This document shows positions 37,845 to 52,600 of a DNA stretch of 64,000 bases, one piece after another. The DNA comes from Convolutriloba macropyga. Lineage: Eukaryota. The stretch lies in assembly GCF_964194025.1 (NCBI RefSeq), contig NC_134480.1, positions 8,618,001-8,682,000 on the forward strand, written 5' to 3'. A program made the translations under genes and the position numbers. Under the pieces are notes generated by a model. That model ran no database searches. It saw only the letters and a program-made list of their open reading frames with translations, and had not been told where the DNA came from. How positions within the stretch are numbered: the stretch's first letter is position 1; each line of letters opens with the position of its first letter.

Positions 37845-38061
37845 ATGCTTTTAACAACGGAAATATTTGCAATACCCGAAAAGGCTCTTAGCCGAAAGTT
37901 CGGACAATGGGGTTACTTTGTGGCCCAGAATGCATGGCTCTTCATTATCACCACTGGGCTGTTGGGATGCTGTTCGAGCATTGGCTTCTTCTGGCTACAA
38001 ACTGAAAAAGACATCGATGTTTTCGACATTTACTTTCCAAGAAATGGCAGAATTACCCAAG
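37845..38061 (+). CDS. PTCHD-like coding exon 1 (N-terminus, TM1)
   Basis: Acceptor ctacag|37825, ATG at 37845, KFGQWGYFVAQNAWLFII...IGF...YFPRNG (typical patched-related N-terminus), phase-1 donor G|gtaatt at 38062. Confidence 0.85.
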
Positions 38062-41000
38062 GTAATTTGGTTATATATTACCGCTATTACGCTATTTACC
38101 CCCATTATGTTAGGGTCTTTACCCTTATCCAACCCACCCACCCCACCCCCCCCCCCCCCCCCGCCGCCGAACATTTAACTTATAGGGCGTATTGTTTCTG
38201 CAGTCATAGCAATCGCAGTAGCAGAAGTTTGATTCATTGAATTTGGTGTTCCAGAAAAATTTTTGGATCTATTCTGTTTTGGCCCCCCCCCCCCGGATAT
38301 ATCTTTTGTCGGATCTTTTCTGTTTGAGCCCCCTCCCCCCATTACGTTATGCTCCCCCAGTTACAGATTACAGAGCACGTGCCATTACAGAGAAAATCAC
38401 CATGTAAAAATATGGCACGTGCTTCTGGGGGGGGGGGGGGGGGGTGCAAATAATATGCACTCACTAAGCAGGGGGGGGGGGGGGCATAAATGGAAAAGAT
38501 CCCTTTTGTCACCACACTTCATGTCTTTTAACACTTGGATATTTAATGAAGCGAAATTGGTAGAAATAGTGATGACACTGTGCTTTCGCTCAAATGAGCG
38601 AGGAAGCTCAATTTTTGGATCTTTTCCGTTTGTGCCCCCCCAGTACGTTATGCTCCCCCCAGTGACAGAGTACGTGTCATTACATAGTAAATCATTATGT
38701 AAAAATATTGCACGTGCGTCTGGGGGTTGCAAATAATATGCACCCACTAAGCTGGGGGGCACAAACGGAAAAGATCCGAATTTTTTCTAGTCAAAATTGG
38801 GTTGTTCATTACAGATTGCTCGTGAATATCTATATTTTGGGTTTTTCCCATTATAGCACCCCTAGTTTAGTGGTCAGATAACCCATAGCCCCCCAATCAA
38901 GGTAATTATACCATAATGGGGGGCTATATTTTCATGGGGGGCTATAATGGGAAAGACCCTATATTTTTACATCTGAGGATTTGAAATGTTAAAATTTCAG
39001 GTTATCTCTATTTGTAACCCGGCCAAAAAGTTCTCGTCTTTTCTTTAAGTTTAGGTTTTATTTCATGGACTTGCTTTTTAAGATGGATGGTAAAAGCAAG
39101 AATACGTTTTGATCTGTAATTTTGTTCTTTTTTCAAGTATAAGCCTATCGTATTTTTTTAATTTCTCTCGACTTTCTCTCGCTTAGTGTAAAACTATGTG
39201 GGTTTTTCGTCCTTCTAGAACATTTTTTCGATTTTACTTAAGACTTTTTTCAAGCTTTCAGGACTTTTTCAAGCTTGAATTTCTGATAGTTTGAGGGATT
39301 TCAGTGGCGCGCATTCAAAAATTCATCCTGATGCTAAAATAGAACCGTTTATGAGCGAATTCAGTACGCAACCCGTGCAGCGTAGCGTAATGGTTAACGT
39401 CACCAATAATCAACCGAAAAGTCGGAAAAACAAAGCTCTCCCAAGTCATTGGTGTTAGTATTGTTAAGATTTCTCTAGCCTCAACCACCGTCATCTGACG
39501 TTGAGCAAACCATCTGACGTTCTTTTCAAATGGCAGCAAATTTTTGCTTAGTTTTTCTGCTGTTTATTTCAGTTAAGAAAACTTCGTTTACTTATTAAAA
39601 TTGTCCGCTAGATTTCAAGCCATAGGATATTCTTTTTTACAACAGTGCCCGAATCAGATTTTGGTTGTTCTTCACTTCCTAAAAAACTCAAAATTCTCTC
39701 CAATTTGTTTGTAGAATAAAATCACTTGATTTTTGGATTAAACATAATTTCTTGATGTCTGGCACCAATACTAACAATTTTTCGATTTTGATTGTATTAG
39801 CAATATGAGCAGCAAGCAAAATTTACCAGATGTTCACATGAGTATGTGTCGTATTCTGATTACATATGATAGTACCAACAACTGGAGATATCACATTAAC
39901 AAGAAAGCGCAACAATAATTCACGAAATTATTACTCTTGATCACGGATTAGACGTAGAGGAGCCCAAATATCTAATTTTGCTTGAACCTGGACGGTAGTT
40001 GTTGATGTTGTTGTATTGAATATACGGATCTATTCTGTTTCGGCCCCCCAGCTTAGTAAGCATAAAATTTTTTTACCACCGCAGGCGCACGTACTATTTT
40101 CTTACATAGTAACGTGCTCTATAACAACATATAGTTTGTAACTGTGGGTCACAAAAAACATTGGGGGGCCGAAACAGAAGAGATTCGAATATTCAGTTGG
40201 ATGCTGAGGGGACTGGTTCCTTTGAGTCGCAAAAATTTTGTTGACATAGTTCCATAGGGTTGATTGAGTGAACTCTCCTTTTCAGTCTTTTTGCTTCACT
40301 AAAGTCAAATTTGCGAATCGTTATGTTCGCTATTCTACAGGCTCGGTAAATGAATTCACCTCTTGGCTTTGCTCAGACGATTATCAACGTGCGCTGACCA
40401 TGAGAGATTGATGCAGACAGTAAGTCCAAGGTCTTTGATTTTGATTTTGTTTGGACAGTAAAGACTTTCTCCAAGCAATTTGAAATTCGCTTTCTCTCCT
40501 CTAAAGCAGACCTATGCGCACTTGTCATTTGTTATTTTCGTTCACCCATCTTTCGATTTCAGTGATATCTTGTTGAATATCGTCGTTACTTTTGTCCACT
40601 GCCAGCAGTTTCAAATCTTCTGTAAAGAGGAAGGGGCTGCTAAATTTCATGCCTTCGGTTGGTTATGTACATGCAAACATACCCTAGCAGTGAGCCTTGA
40701 GGTACGCCGCTCGCAATTTCAAGTACCTTTGAGCTCGTATTGTCAATTCTGTCATATTGTTGTCTTTCGTAAATGCAATCAGCGATAGCTTCCAGAAGAC
40801 ATCCACACACACCCATTTTGTTGATTTTCTTGAGTAACTCTTTGTGTTATACTAGGTCAAATGCTTTTGAGAAATCGGCGAAGAACGCAACGACATTATT
40901 GTTTCGATCGATCGCTTCATAAATTTTCTTCAGGAAGCTCACCATATTCGTCGGAACTGACGTTCTCGCACAAACCGGTGATGATGCAATAATATGTCAA

Positions 41001-43634
41001 ATCCAGGAAAACTCGGCCCCTTATTGTTGCATTTGAACTTTTTTAACGATGTTTGTAGCAATTATTTTAGTTCTGTCGGTGCTTTTCTATGCGATTTTTT
41101 GTTTAACCGAATTTTCGTCTGACCCATTTGAGTTTTCGTCCTCAAAACGGACGAAACAGGTAGCACCAGGAGGGCATTAAGATTCATTAGAGGCCCTTAG
41201 CCGCGTTTAGTAGTCCCTTGAGTGCTTTGTGTGGTGGAGCTGCTGGGAAGGCCGTAGTTTAATTTTAAAGGTCTTGGGTTTCAGGTTTAAAGATTGTGCA
41301 ATTTTTTTTTAATTTTTTGTCAATTTTGGGAAATTGTTAGAACTATCTAAAATTCGGAATGGTCAAAGTTGATAAAGATCCTTTGCAAGACATAAGCAGT
41401 TTTAATGACCGTTTTCGGAGCTATATGATCCGGTAATACAAAAAAAATACGCAAATTAAACTAATTTTCAAAATTTTTTCAGCTTTTTTTAATAGCCGCC
41501 CTCATCTTCTCAGCCGGCTATTATAGCGCTCCTATTTTTTTTTACTTCGTCGAATAAAAAAATGTTTCGCTTTACCTCATTTTGCCGCCTTTTCAACATT
41601 TTGCGTGAAATCTTTTTGACTTCTCTAGGCTAGTTTCTCTCTTCTCTCATTCTGCTAAAAGTGATTTTGAACTTCAGTTGCTCAGCAAAGCAATTCAAAA
41701 TGAACAGTCAGTATAAAAAATTGAAGTCAGAAATAGAAACGGGATAAACCCATAAAGCCCAATTTTAGATGCCCGCTATTTGAACGTCGGTCCTATAAGT
41801 ATTAGTTACCTCTCTCTAATGCTTATTGTTATTAATAGCCGCACAGCGATAGCTGAGGCTCTTATTGGCCTTCTCTTGGTTTTTTTTTATTTCGTCGTCA
41901 TGATTTTTGTTACGACCATATGACGTCACAGCCACTTTTTGTTCATTCGTTCATGCAATTTCAACTGAATTGCATGCGTGACGTCATTTTTCGCTCTTAG
42001 TGGAGCGAGTTTTTTTGTTCATTCGCGTGATTAAATTTTTGGTCACACTTGACTTACCTCACTCTCAAAAATGACTTCCTCACTTTGAATTTGACTTTTA
42101 TTTACTTTAATTCAAAGAGATAAGGTCAAATGGGTGTGTGTCACTCTAAATGAAGGTTATTTGAGAACAGCTAATAGAGGCAGCAATAACTTATACAGAT
42201 TTTTAATCAAAATATACCAGATCAGCCTTCAATAATGAAAAGACAAATTTTTTTGGTCTGTCTTTTTTACTGTTTTTTTTTAGACTGCCGATCTACGAAT
42301 CTATTGCGGCTATTTTCTGGCAATCTGCCAGCTATGTTTGAAAATTTCTCTAATTTTTGAGTTTTTCAGCCCTAGGTAACAAGTAAGCTCCTCTAGAGTT
42401 TTTTCATAGGTCACTGCATAGTTTATTGTGGTAATGAAAAGGAAGGTTTTAATTGTTTTAACATCACGAAACTTGGCATTCTTCTGACAAAAGTTGCTTT
42501 TTTTTCATTTTTTTTTAAATTTTTTGTCGTTATTTTAATTTTCCCAGACTCAGGGGCCGGCAAACCTCATTAGAGATTTGAAAAAAAAACATCTGGAGAT
42601 TTTTGCTGGCCATGAAATAATTTTCAACTGTTTATTATCCCAAATTTTAGTAAAATTGTAATAAACCTTGCAATTTTTTTGACATTTATTGTCTTTTTTC
42701 AAATTTTTTCAGAACCTAGGTGCCAGAAAACCTGCTTAGGGGTTTGAAAATAGATTACTAAAAATTTTCTATTGGCGATGCATTATTTTTCATTTTTTAA
42801 TAGCAAAATTGTTTTGATATAACTTTCAATTTTTGTCCGGTTTTGGAAGTTTTTCGTCATTTTGGGGAAAAAATTTTATAGTGTTTGATAACACTATAAA
42901 ATTTTTGCCTCAAGAGGCAAAAATTTTATAGTGTTTGATTCTGAGTTAATGCATAGTTTCTAGATGTAATGGAATTTTCTAGATCTAAATATCACAAATT
43001 TGTGCAAATTTTATGAGAACTTTAGCAATTTTTCCAAGTTTTTCTTATTTTTTTTTTTCAGGCATCATTGTCCCAGGGACCTTTTTAAAAGTTTAATAAT
43101 AAGCTGCTGCATAGTTTTTAGAGTTATTGGAATGGTTATCTTTTTTTAATGACTCGGTTTGTAGCAATTTAATGACTCGAGTTGTAGCAATGACTCCAGT
43201 TGTAGCAGGAAACTTGATAGTCCGAGACATTGAAATTTCTCTAAAGATATTTTTTTCACGAATTGTAGCAAGATTTTGTTAAAATTAGCAACTGTTTTTA
43301 AAATTTTTCAATATTTTGTCTTTTTCTGAGTTTAGCCATCATTACTGGCCAACCAAATTTTTAAAGATTTCCAGATAGTATACATTACAGAGCTACACAG
43401 ACAAAAATGATTTTGAACATATTTTTCACTGTATTATTTGGAAATGTTTCCAAATTTTAAATTTTTTAGCATTTTCTATGATTCATTTAATAACAAGGCT
43501 AGAAAAGTAGAAGTTGCAGAGTCCAATCTCATCATAGAAAATCTTCCTAGCTCTCTCACTCTCTCTGTCGCTTGGGGTCTCTTTGCTTCTCTTTCTCGAT
43601 CACGTTTTATCTCTATCACACTATCTCTCTACTA

Positions 43635-43698
<64 letters not shown>

Positions 43699-46600
43699 CC
43701 TTTCTTTCTTTCTTACCTTGACTCGTTCGTTGATGCTGAACTTCAGCTGCTTTTATGTCGCGTGACGTCATCTAATACCCTCATTAACGATGAATTATAG
43801 TAGAATTGATTTATCATAAATGACTCAACTAGCACTTTTTAGGAAATCATTGTTGATTACCCTCAAACGAAGTTTATAGCAATTTTAAATCCTGTTGGTC
43901 ATTTCTATTTGAATTTTCGCGTGACCAGTTTTTCGTCTGAACTGTTGCGCTCACATCGCACACCTTAAATTAAACTAAAGTTAACATCATCAAACCGTGG
44001 GTAGCTACTGAGGAAGCGAACCGATCGCCTGTCGTTTGAAAGCAGTTCGCACGACGTTAGTTGATTATGTTGTATGCAATTTAGTTAGTAATAGCCGCCC
44101 TCATCTTCTCAACCGGCTATTATTGCACTCCTATTTTTTTTTGCTTCGTCGAAGTTTTTCTCGCTTTTCCATTTTGCCGCTTTTTCGACATTTAGCGTGA
44201 AATCTTTTTGACTTCTCTAGGCTAGTTTCTCTCTTCTCTCATTCTGCTAAAAGTGAATTTGAGCATCAGTTGCTCAGCAAAGCAATTCAAAATGAACAGA
44301 GTCAGAATAAACAATTGAAGTCAGAAATAGAAACGGGATAAACCCATAAAGCCCAATTTTAGATGCCCGCTATTTGAACGTCGTTCCTATAAGTCTTAGT
44401 TACCGTCTCTTATGCTTATTGGTGTTGATAGTAGCCCCTGTAGGCTCTCTCTAAGAAACAGAAGTATGTTCAACTACGAAATGCCATCAAAATAAATCGG
44501 ACTTAAAAAGTTTTTTTGTACAAAAATCTTTTTTTTTCAATATCTTCTATTCATTCAATCCCAATCAAGCTTATTGGAATCAACGGCGGCTATTTTCCGG
44601 CAATCTGCCGGGTATGTTTGGGATTTTGTTGTTCTTATCACGGCAAGCACACTTTGATTCTATTGCAAGTGAACAAAATTATTATAATGTCGAGACTTCA
44701 TCTTCGTAACGAGGCTTTTATTCGGATTTTTCCCTTTACCCCCCACCCCAATTAGTACGTGCATGATATTTGCTACCCCAGATGCAGGTGCCGTGTGTTT
44801 ACATAATGATTTACTATGTTTTGACACGTACTCGATATCTGGGTATGCATAACGTACTGGGGGCACAAGCATCAATTATGCTCTGGGCATGACTAAGGTC
44901 CTGCGATACTCATTTGCAGGTAAAATTTTGTCAGTGTTTTCCGAAAAATTTGATCATTTGTAAAGATTTTGTCAGTTATGTTTATACATTTTGATAGTTA
45001 AAACTCGGAGTTATTATTATGGCCCGATTATTGTATATTTGCTGCCAGTGGAAAGTCTAGACTGCTACAGGAGGAGGATATTATGAGAAAACCCTCAAAG
45101 TCCGCATTTACTGATGATCAGTTCATGTTTTCCGCTCATATTATTTAGATTTTCCTTCATTGTAAAATCAATTTTTTTTACAACGCCCAACGTAATACAA
45201 GGTACGGTCATTCTAAGTTTTGCAAATTTTACAAACAGAGCATTTGAGAAATATTCAAAGAATGCACGTTGCGTTGTTTATATCAAGTCTATCTGCCAAA
45301 AATTACTATTAATTAAAAAAAAGCTTTTTGGAAAGAAAGCGTACAGAATATTGGATGGAGTTTGAACAAAATTAAAAAGTCGGTATTTTGTTTGCAAATC
45401 TATAAATGTATGCAGGTGGAATAGGGGTAATAAAGATTATTAACTTGATTTAGAAAAGACGTTAGAAAAAGTTAATAATGACACAGATGAGCAACAGATG
45501 CTAAAACTTTTAATTAGAGCAAGAAAAAGGTGTTTTAACAATAATTCGTTATCTCGCTTGAGGTTTTTTGTTCACATGAAGCAATTCACAAGTCTCAGTC
45601 AATTAAAGACATCACGAATAGTAGAAAAACAATTTTGTTCTTCGCTTTTTAGGTTTCATTATTTTCATTGGTATTTTGAGGCCTAAGGTCTACGCAGCTA
45701 TTGGTTTCTGGTTTCTGCCAGCTGTGTTTAAAAATTGAAATGGATTTAAGATCTTATTACAAAGAAACTTGGAAAAGACAAACGTAAATGAAAACGTCTT
45801 GTTACATTTGAGTAATGTTTCAGAATTTTTGAAAAAAATCGTAAGAGAAATATTAATAGTTTCAAAACTAGAGGATGTTAATTAATCTTGAAAGCATCTT
45901 GCAAGATCTTGCAAGCTTAACATCCTGTTGCAAGATTTTGCAAGATTAACATCCTCTTGCAAGTCTTGCAATACTAACAGTATTTTGAAAGAATCTTGCA
46001 TGATCTTTAAAGATTAACATCCTGTCTCGACTAGGGTACCGAAAACATGTTGGTTGGGAGACATTCGTCCGACGTCATTCTTTGATTATATTTTCATTCA
46101 CAGGTCTCAAATCGATGCGTGCGGACTTCCCAGACACAAGTGACATGAATTATTTCCCCTGGCAAGACAACGGCGAGTATTTAACGCTATCGATTATTAT
46201 CTGGGACCCAAAAGTGGGCAGCAAAGACATAATCTCCAACGAAAACGTCAAAACAGACATCGGAAAAATATGCGAATGGGTTCAAAGTTATTCAATTCGT
46301 GACCAGAAATTGAACAAAACCCTAACATACAAAGATGTCTGCGCAATTGATGGTCTGAGCCAGCTGGACGAAAGTGGGGAAAGCCAATGTCTGTTACCCG
46401 AATTCTGTCAAGTTACAGACTGGAACACCGAGAAGGGAGTTCTGAAATTCTACAGCGAGTCTATTTTGCAGATGGTCAATGAGCCGAAATATACAAAGAA
46501 AGGCGAGTTTGACGACGTTGTTATGACCCAAAGTGGAATTTCGGCAAGGTTGATCTTTTTCCTCAAAAAAGCGAACGAGTCCCAATTAGCCGGTTCGTAT

Positions 46601-49600
46601 TCGTGGGTGCGTCGATGTTTCAATGACTTGCACGTTATGGTGAAGAAGCTAAATTCGGCTAATTACGCGTTATACTCATTGAGAATTCAATTGGACGAAT
46701 GGGGGAGTGTCTTCGAACGCGATTCGAAGTTATTCGCTTTGGCTGTTATTTTTCTGGTTGGGTTTTCAGTTATCGCTTCGTCTAGTTTGGACTGCTTGAC
46801 CTCGCGAAGTCTGTTGGCTTTGGCGGCCATTTTGAGCACAATTTTGGCAATAGTGACTGGAATTGCAGTTCTGAGCATTGCGGGAATTCCTCTGATTCAA
46901 GTGGCCTTTTTAACACCCTTCATTATTCTTGGTAAGTTTATTTTACTGGTTATTGCTGCTAATCTATAAGGGGTACCAACCTCCCCTTTGTCAAATTCTT
47001 TCCTAACCAAAACTGTTTTCGTTTTGAATTAAATTGGTAAGTTTTGTAGCAGTCTGTGATAACTTTTTTCAACTCACTTCAGTATCTGTTTCTTTGTGCA
47101 CGCAAGTCTAATTTGCAGCTATTTAGGCAATCTGCCGGTCGGTTATGTTTGTTGTTAGATCTCGGTTTAATTAATCTTAAACAATGTTGGTAATGTTTGT
47201 TTAAAACCTGTTTGTAGTGGTCTCGATAACAGGTAGGACAATAGTAAAATCTACAAACCAGTTTAATCAAATGTCCGGCCAAATTTATGAAACAAAAATA
47301 TTGAAACTAGTCCCCTTCATTATACATGGTAAGTTTGTTTCAATTGTTGTTTTCGGATCTACTCTGTTTAATTGCTTTTAAATGATGTTAATACCAGTTA
47401 TTTACTGATAGGCTTAATAACTGTGCTAGGATAGTAGCAAGAGCTAGAAATAAAATTAGTTTTTACTAAACTAGCTTCTTTTTACATTTTAATTGCTCTC
47501 AAACGAAGTTTGTAGCAATTAATATAGCCCTATGGTCTTTTTAATGCGATTTCTTTCTTCAGAGATTATTTGTCCGAACCGTTCAACTTTTTGTCCTAAA
47601 ACACAAGGTAAAGCGGTAAAAACCGGAGGTGATTAAGTGTCTGAACAGCTCTCGGAGCCTTACGTTTTACTAGTCTCTAAGTATGCGATTCACCGAAACT
47701 GTTTTAGGAGACAATTTTGTTGTGTGCAGGGCGGTACTTCATCTTGAAAGTTTAAGTTGCCCTCCTCAGTCACCCAACCCCTCCCTCCAACACCCGGCCA
47801 CCCCGTGCACGCTCTTCCACCTGGTGATTTGGACCCCTCTCAACCATTTCTCACATGCTTGATCCCAAGCTCACCCCCCTTGGTTGACCCAAGCTCAAAC
47901 CCCCCCCCCCCCCCTAAAGCTAGCTAACTACTAACAAAACCCACCACTTAACGGTATCCCCCCTAAAGCTAGCTAACTACTAACAAAACCCACCACTTAA
48001 CGGTATTTTGAGAGCAATTTGCCCAACGTTAGTTGGTTCTGCACTTGTGAAATTTTCCTAAGTTGCAAATAATGAAAAAAAGGTAAGTTAAAAGGAACCA
48101 CAGAGATCGTAGATCCAAAGCCAGAACTTCTTTAAATTCATATCTAAAACCTATATTTTGGTCACAACTTCCTAAAAATTTGTAAACCAAGAACTCTAAA
48201 ACTATACCAGAAATCTTTGTTAGAAGTTTTTTGCATTTTTAATTAGCTTTAGCTTGGTTTGTTTTTGGATCTATGCTGTTTTGCCCCCCCCCCGCAGCTT
48301 AATAGGTTTATATCTGTTACGCCCCCCGGCGCACGTGCTAATTTTTTAGGTAGTAACGTGCTATATAAAAACATATATCTTGTAACTGGAGGCGCGAAAA
48401 CACTGGGGGGGGGGCTGAACAGAATAGATCCAATTTTTTTCAACAATAAAATGCAATTCTTTTTATTTTTTCTGAATCAATTGAGAAGGTAATTAATAGC
48501 CTCGTTGCAAAAATTACGCATATTTTGTGTATCTGAATTGCTGCTTTCTTGAGACAATTTTTGACAGAAAACAATTTATGAATTGCTCTCGAAGAGAAAC
48601 AATTAATTTGAACGTGTGCCTTTTTACGACTCGGAGACGAGTTTTGAGATTCTCTAAATTTTTTTAGGCTGACGCAAGTTTGCGGTCTTCCCATTATAGC
48701 CCCCCACGAAAATATAGCCCCCCCCCATTATGGTATATTTACCATGATTGGGGGGGCTATAGGTTATCTGACCACTATGCTGGGGGGGCTATAATGGGAA
48801 AGACCCTAAGTTTGTTCATGACTTGAATTATTGACTTTGTTTTCGAACATTGAATTCTCTTTTAGAACGTTGACATCTGTTTTCAAACATTTGACTTTAA
48901 CACTAGCCTAGGTAGGAATGTATAGAAAGGAGCTGCTGGTAATACTTAAGGTGAAAAAGTCATTATTAAAAGTTTTCTTCCCATAACAGTCTCTTCTCTC
49001 TTTTCAAACTACAGACGCAATCCACCTTCCATTACCCCCCACATACACACACCTACCTCCCACTCCTAACCCCACACCTACCCCCAACCTATATCCCCTA
49101 CACTGTCCGTAAAATTGCTTGCCAACGCAACCTTAATTTTTTTTCTGTTGCCTCTCACGTTGCCGGTCTGCTTTCGCCTCGAATGACATTGAACACCAAC
49201 GACTAAAACGAAGTTATTTGGATTTTCTGCGATAATAATTATTGACTTCTCGTGATTTTCAATACCAGGGACACATTTCAATATTATTGGGGACATCGTG
49301 GTTTTTTACGATTCAGAGCATTTGAATTGTATATTTGCGCTGTTTTTTTTAAGATGTGTTCACATATTTTTCAATGACTTTGATCTTTCAAAACGGGATA
49401 AACAGGTAAAGCCCAGCGGGCATTAGGTTTCATTAGAGGCCCAAAGTGCGTTTTAGTAGTGTTTCAAGTGCTTATAGAGTTGCAGCTGCTGTGATGGCCT
49501 TAATTTAAGGTTAAAAGGTTATTTTTGAGTGTTTTTGGGCTCAAAATGGTGCAATTTTTCATGTTTTTGTGATTTTTTGTTTTGATTAGTCATAGGTTGA

Positions 49601-52600
49601 AGTTTTTAAACGTTGATGAAGGCTTTTTGCGAGACAAAATTTCTTATTATGACCATTTTATTAGCTATATGTTTTGGTACTACAAACACAAACACACAAA
49701 ATGATACTAATTTTTAAAATTTTTTCACATTTTTTTGAGAATTTTTGTCATTTTTTGAAATTTTAGCCCTAGATGTCAAAAAACCTCCTCTAAGTTTTAA
49801 TAGTGGCTTTGATAATAGATTAATGCATAGTTTCTAGTGGTAATGGAATGGTTTTCAACTTTTTGCCATCATGAAATATAGCAATTTTTGACAAAACTTG
49901 AATTTTTGTTATATTTTTTGACATTTATTGTCATTCAAGTTGTTTGAGTCCCAAGGGACAGACAAACTCATTAGGAGTTGAATAATAAGTTACTGAAAAA
50001 GTTTTAGGTGCCACGGAATAGGTTTGAACTTTTGAGTATCACAATTTTTAGCAATGTTTTTTTGACAAAAATCGCATTTTTTTCAGGTTTTTGAATTTTT
50101 TTTTCAATTTTTCAATTTTTCCAGCTTCAGGGTCCAGGCAATCTCCTTTGAGTTTTGTTAATAGGGCAATGCTTAGTTTCTAGTAACAATGGAATGGTTT
50201 TTAACATTTTAATGTTTCGAAATTTGGCATTTTTTTGATAAAAACTGCAGTTTTTTTAAGGCTTACTAAAGTTGTTGTCAATTTTTGATATTCGTCCAAT
50301 CTCAAGTGCAAGAAAACATTTTCCACGTTCTGATAAACAAAATACTGCATGGTTTTTAGTTTCAATGGATTTGTTTTCAACAATTTAAGCTTTTTCTCTT
50401 AGAAGTTTTTTGATAAAGTTTGCAATTTTTTTCAACCTTTTTCGAAACTTATGAATTTTTTTTTATTTTTTTCTAGCCTCAGTAGCCAAGTAACCTCATC
50501 TAGGGTTTGATAGTATGTTGTTAAATAGTTGCTAGGGAGCAATTGAATGGCCTTCAAATTTTTTAAGGAATGAATTTATATTTTTTGAAGTTTGATTTTT
50601 TTTCTGAAAGTTTTTGCCTATCAATCTGTGAGCCAATGAGTTTTTAAAAGCTTGGAATTGGATTACTGGATAGCCTCGAGAAGACACAGAAGCTATTTTG
50701 AATATATTTATGTCACGATTTTTAGCAATATTTCCTTATAATTTGCAATTGATTTCTTTTTCTTTTCAAAATTTTTTGTTGAATTTCGAGTTAATCGATC
50801 TTCAAGGGCCAATGAATATTTTTCAGGTCTTGCAGATATTATACTGAACCGATTTCAGAAACGAAAATTGGTTTTGAACATATTTTTGAAATAGGTATTT
50901 TTGAAAGGAAAAAATTTTGCCTCAGGTTTAAAAGCTTCAAGAGTTTCAGCAATGAGTATATTTTCGTTAGATGATTTTGTTTGTGTTCCGGCTGGCATTG
51001 TTCAATTGATCGGCTGGTCAGGTAGAGTACGTCTGAGTTTTTCATTCAAGTCTTTGAATTGGTTTTTAGGACTTGTCATGCTATGTTTTTTTAATTCGTC
51101 GTCTCTATTGATGATTTTTACGACCTGACTTCTTCGAAATGACTTTTTCAATGACTTCAGTGACTTCTACTGCTTTGCTGCTAAAATTTGTGTACAAGAC
51201 GTTATTTTTGTTTTTACGTCAATTGCGTGACTTACTTCACTCAAAAAATGACTTCTGAACTAACTTATGGAACTTTAAGTTTTATGAACATTAACTAGTT
51301 GAAGATCAATAGTGTGTACCTAAGTGGTGCCAAATTATATGCCCTAATTCTTGAATATTAGTCTTGAGTTTTTGATTTCGAATATCATTTTTGAAGAAGC
51401 TCTTTTAGGGCTTTTTCCTTATAGACGTATGTGTTATAAAATTGACAGTCCGAATCTAACCCAAAAAGTTTATTGGTCTCTTAAAGGACTGGCGGTCATT
51501 CCGTCTATCTTATTCCTTTAATAGTTTCAATTCATGGAAGGTCAAAAGCGTCTATCGCGGCTATTTTCCGGCAATCTGTCGACTATGTTTATAATTTTGG
51601 TTTAGAAGCAAAAAATATCATCAAGCTATTAAAAATTGAAAATTATTGCAGCGGAGAGAAGTTAGAAATGAAGTACAAGACCCGGCTGAGGTTCGCGACC
51701 CAAGTCCAATCTCATCAGACCACCTTGTTTAGGGTTACAGACATTGGGAGTCAGGTGTGTGTGACCTTACTGAAAAGATTGTCTGATCAGGGCTTGCTTT
51801 TTGTATTTAGGCGTCGGTATAGACGGTGCCTTTGTAATGATGTTCACATGGGCTAAGACTGACAAGTTGGGGCTGAAACCAGAAGAGAGAGTGAGCGCAA
51901 CTCTAGATCACTGTTTTGTCTCAATCTTCATCTCGAACCTAACATCTTTGCTCGCCTTCACTGTCGGGTCATTCACTCCTTATATGGCTGTCAATATATC
52001 CTGCTATTACCTAGGTTAGTGTTAAGTTGCCTTCAATCAGTTTAGATAATTGGATGGAAATTTTGTAAAAACCGTTTTTGAAATTCCAGTCCAATTCTAA
52101 TTTTAATAACATTTACTTATCTGATTTTTGTGATCATCTTTATATTTTTTCACAGTATCAATTTAACCATTTGTTGGATCTCTTCGACTTCTAAACCCCC
52201 TCCCCCCCCCCCCACCTAAAACGTTTGCTAATGCCTTGCAAACACTCACAGCCGTTGTTATTCTACAAATCATTTTAAAAATGTTAACTGAGAAAATGGT
52301 TTTGAAATTACTAAAATCGTCAGCTCATCATCCATCGACTGGACAGCTCCATACAGCTAAAACCTTATGGGCTGAAAATTATTGCATGCTCAAAAAAACA
52401 ATCTGATTAAAATTGTTAGTTAACTAAGCTACGGGGATCAAGCGAAAAAACGCCATCTTCTGTATGAGAGACATTTACTCCATTTTACTCAGTGTGGTAT
52501 AACAAGTTAATTGTGTAAAAAAAATCTGCAATCGTGACACCAAATTTTTTCAATGAAATGGGAAATTTTGTCCCATAAGTAACATAGAGAGATCATAATA

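Noticed and set aside
38263-38762. 157-aa and 121-aa Pro/Gly-run ORFs
   Set aside because: They run through adjacent MITE copies with poly-C/G tracts; not genes.
47909-48006. ~49-bp direct duplication; also a ~55-bp minisatellite at 36405-36555
   Set aside because: Real but ordinary slippage-type repeats with no sign of function.
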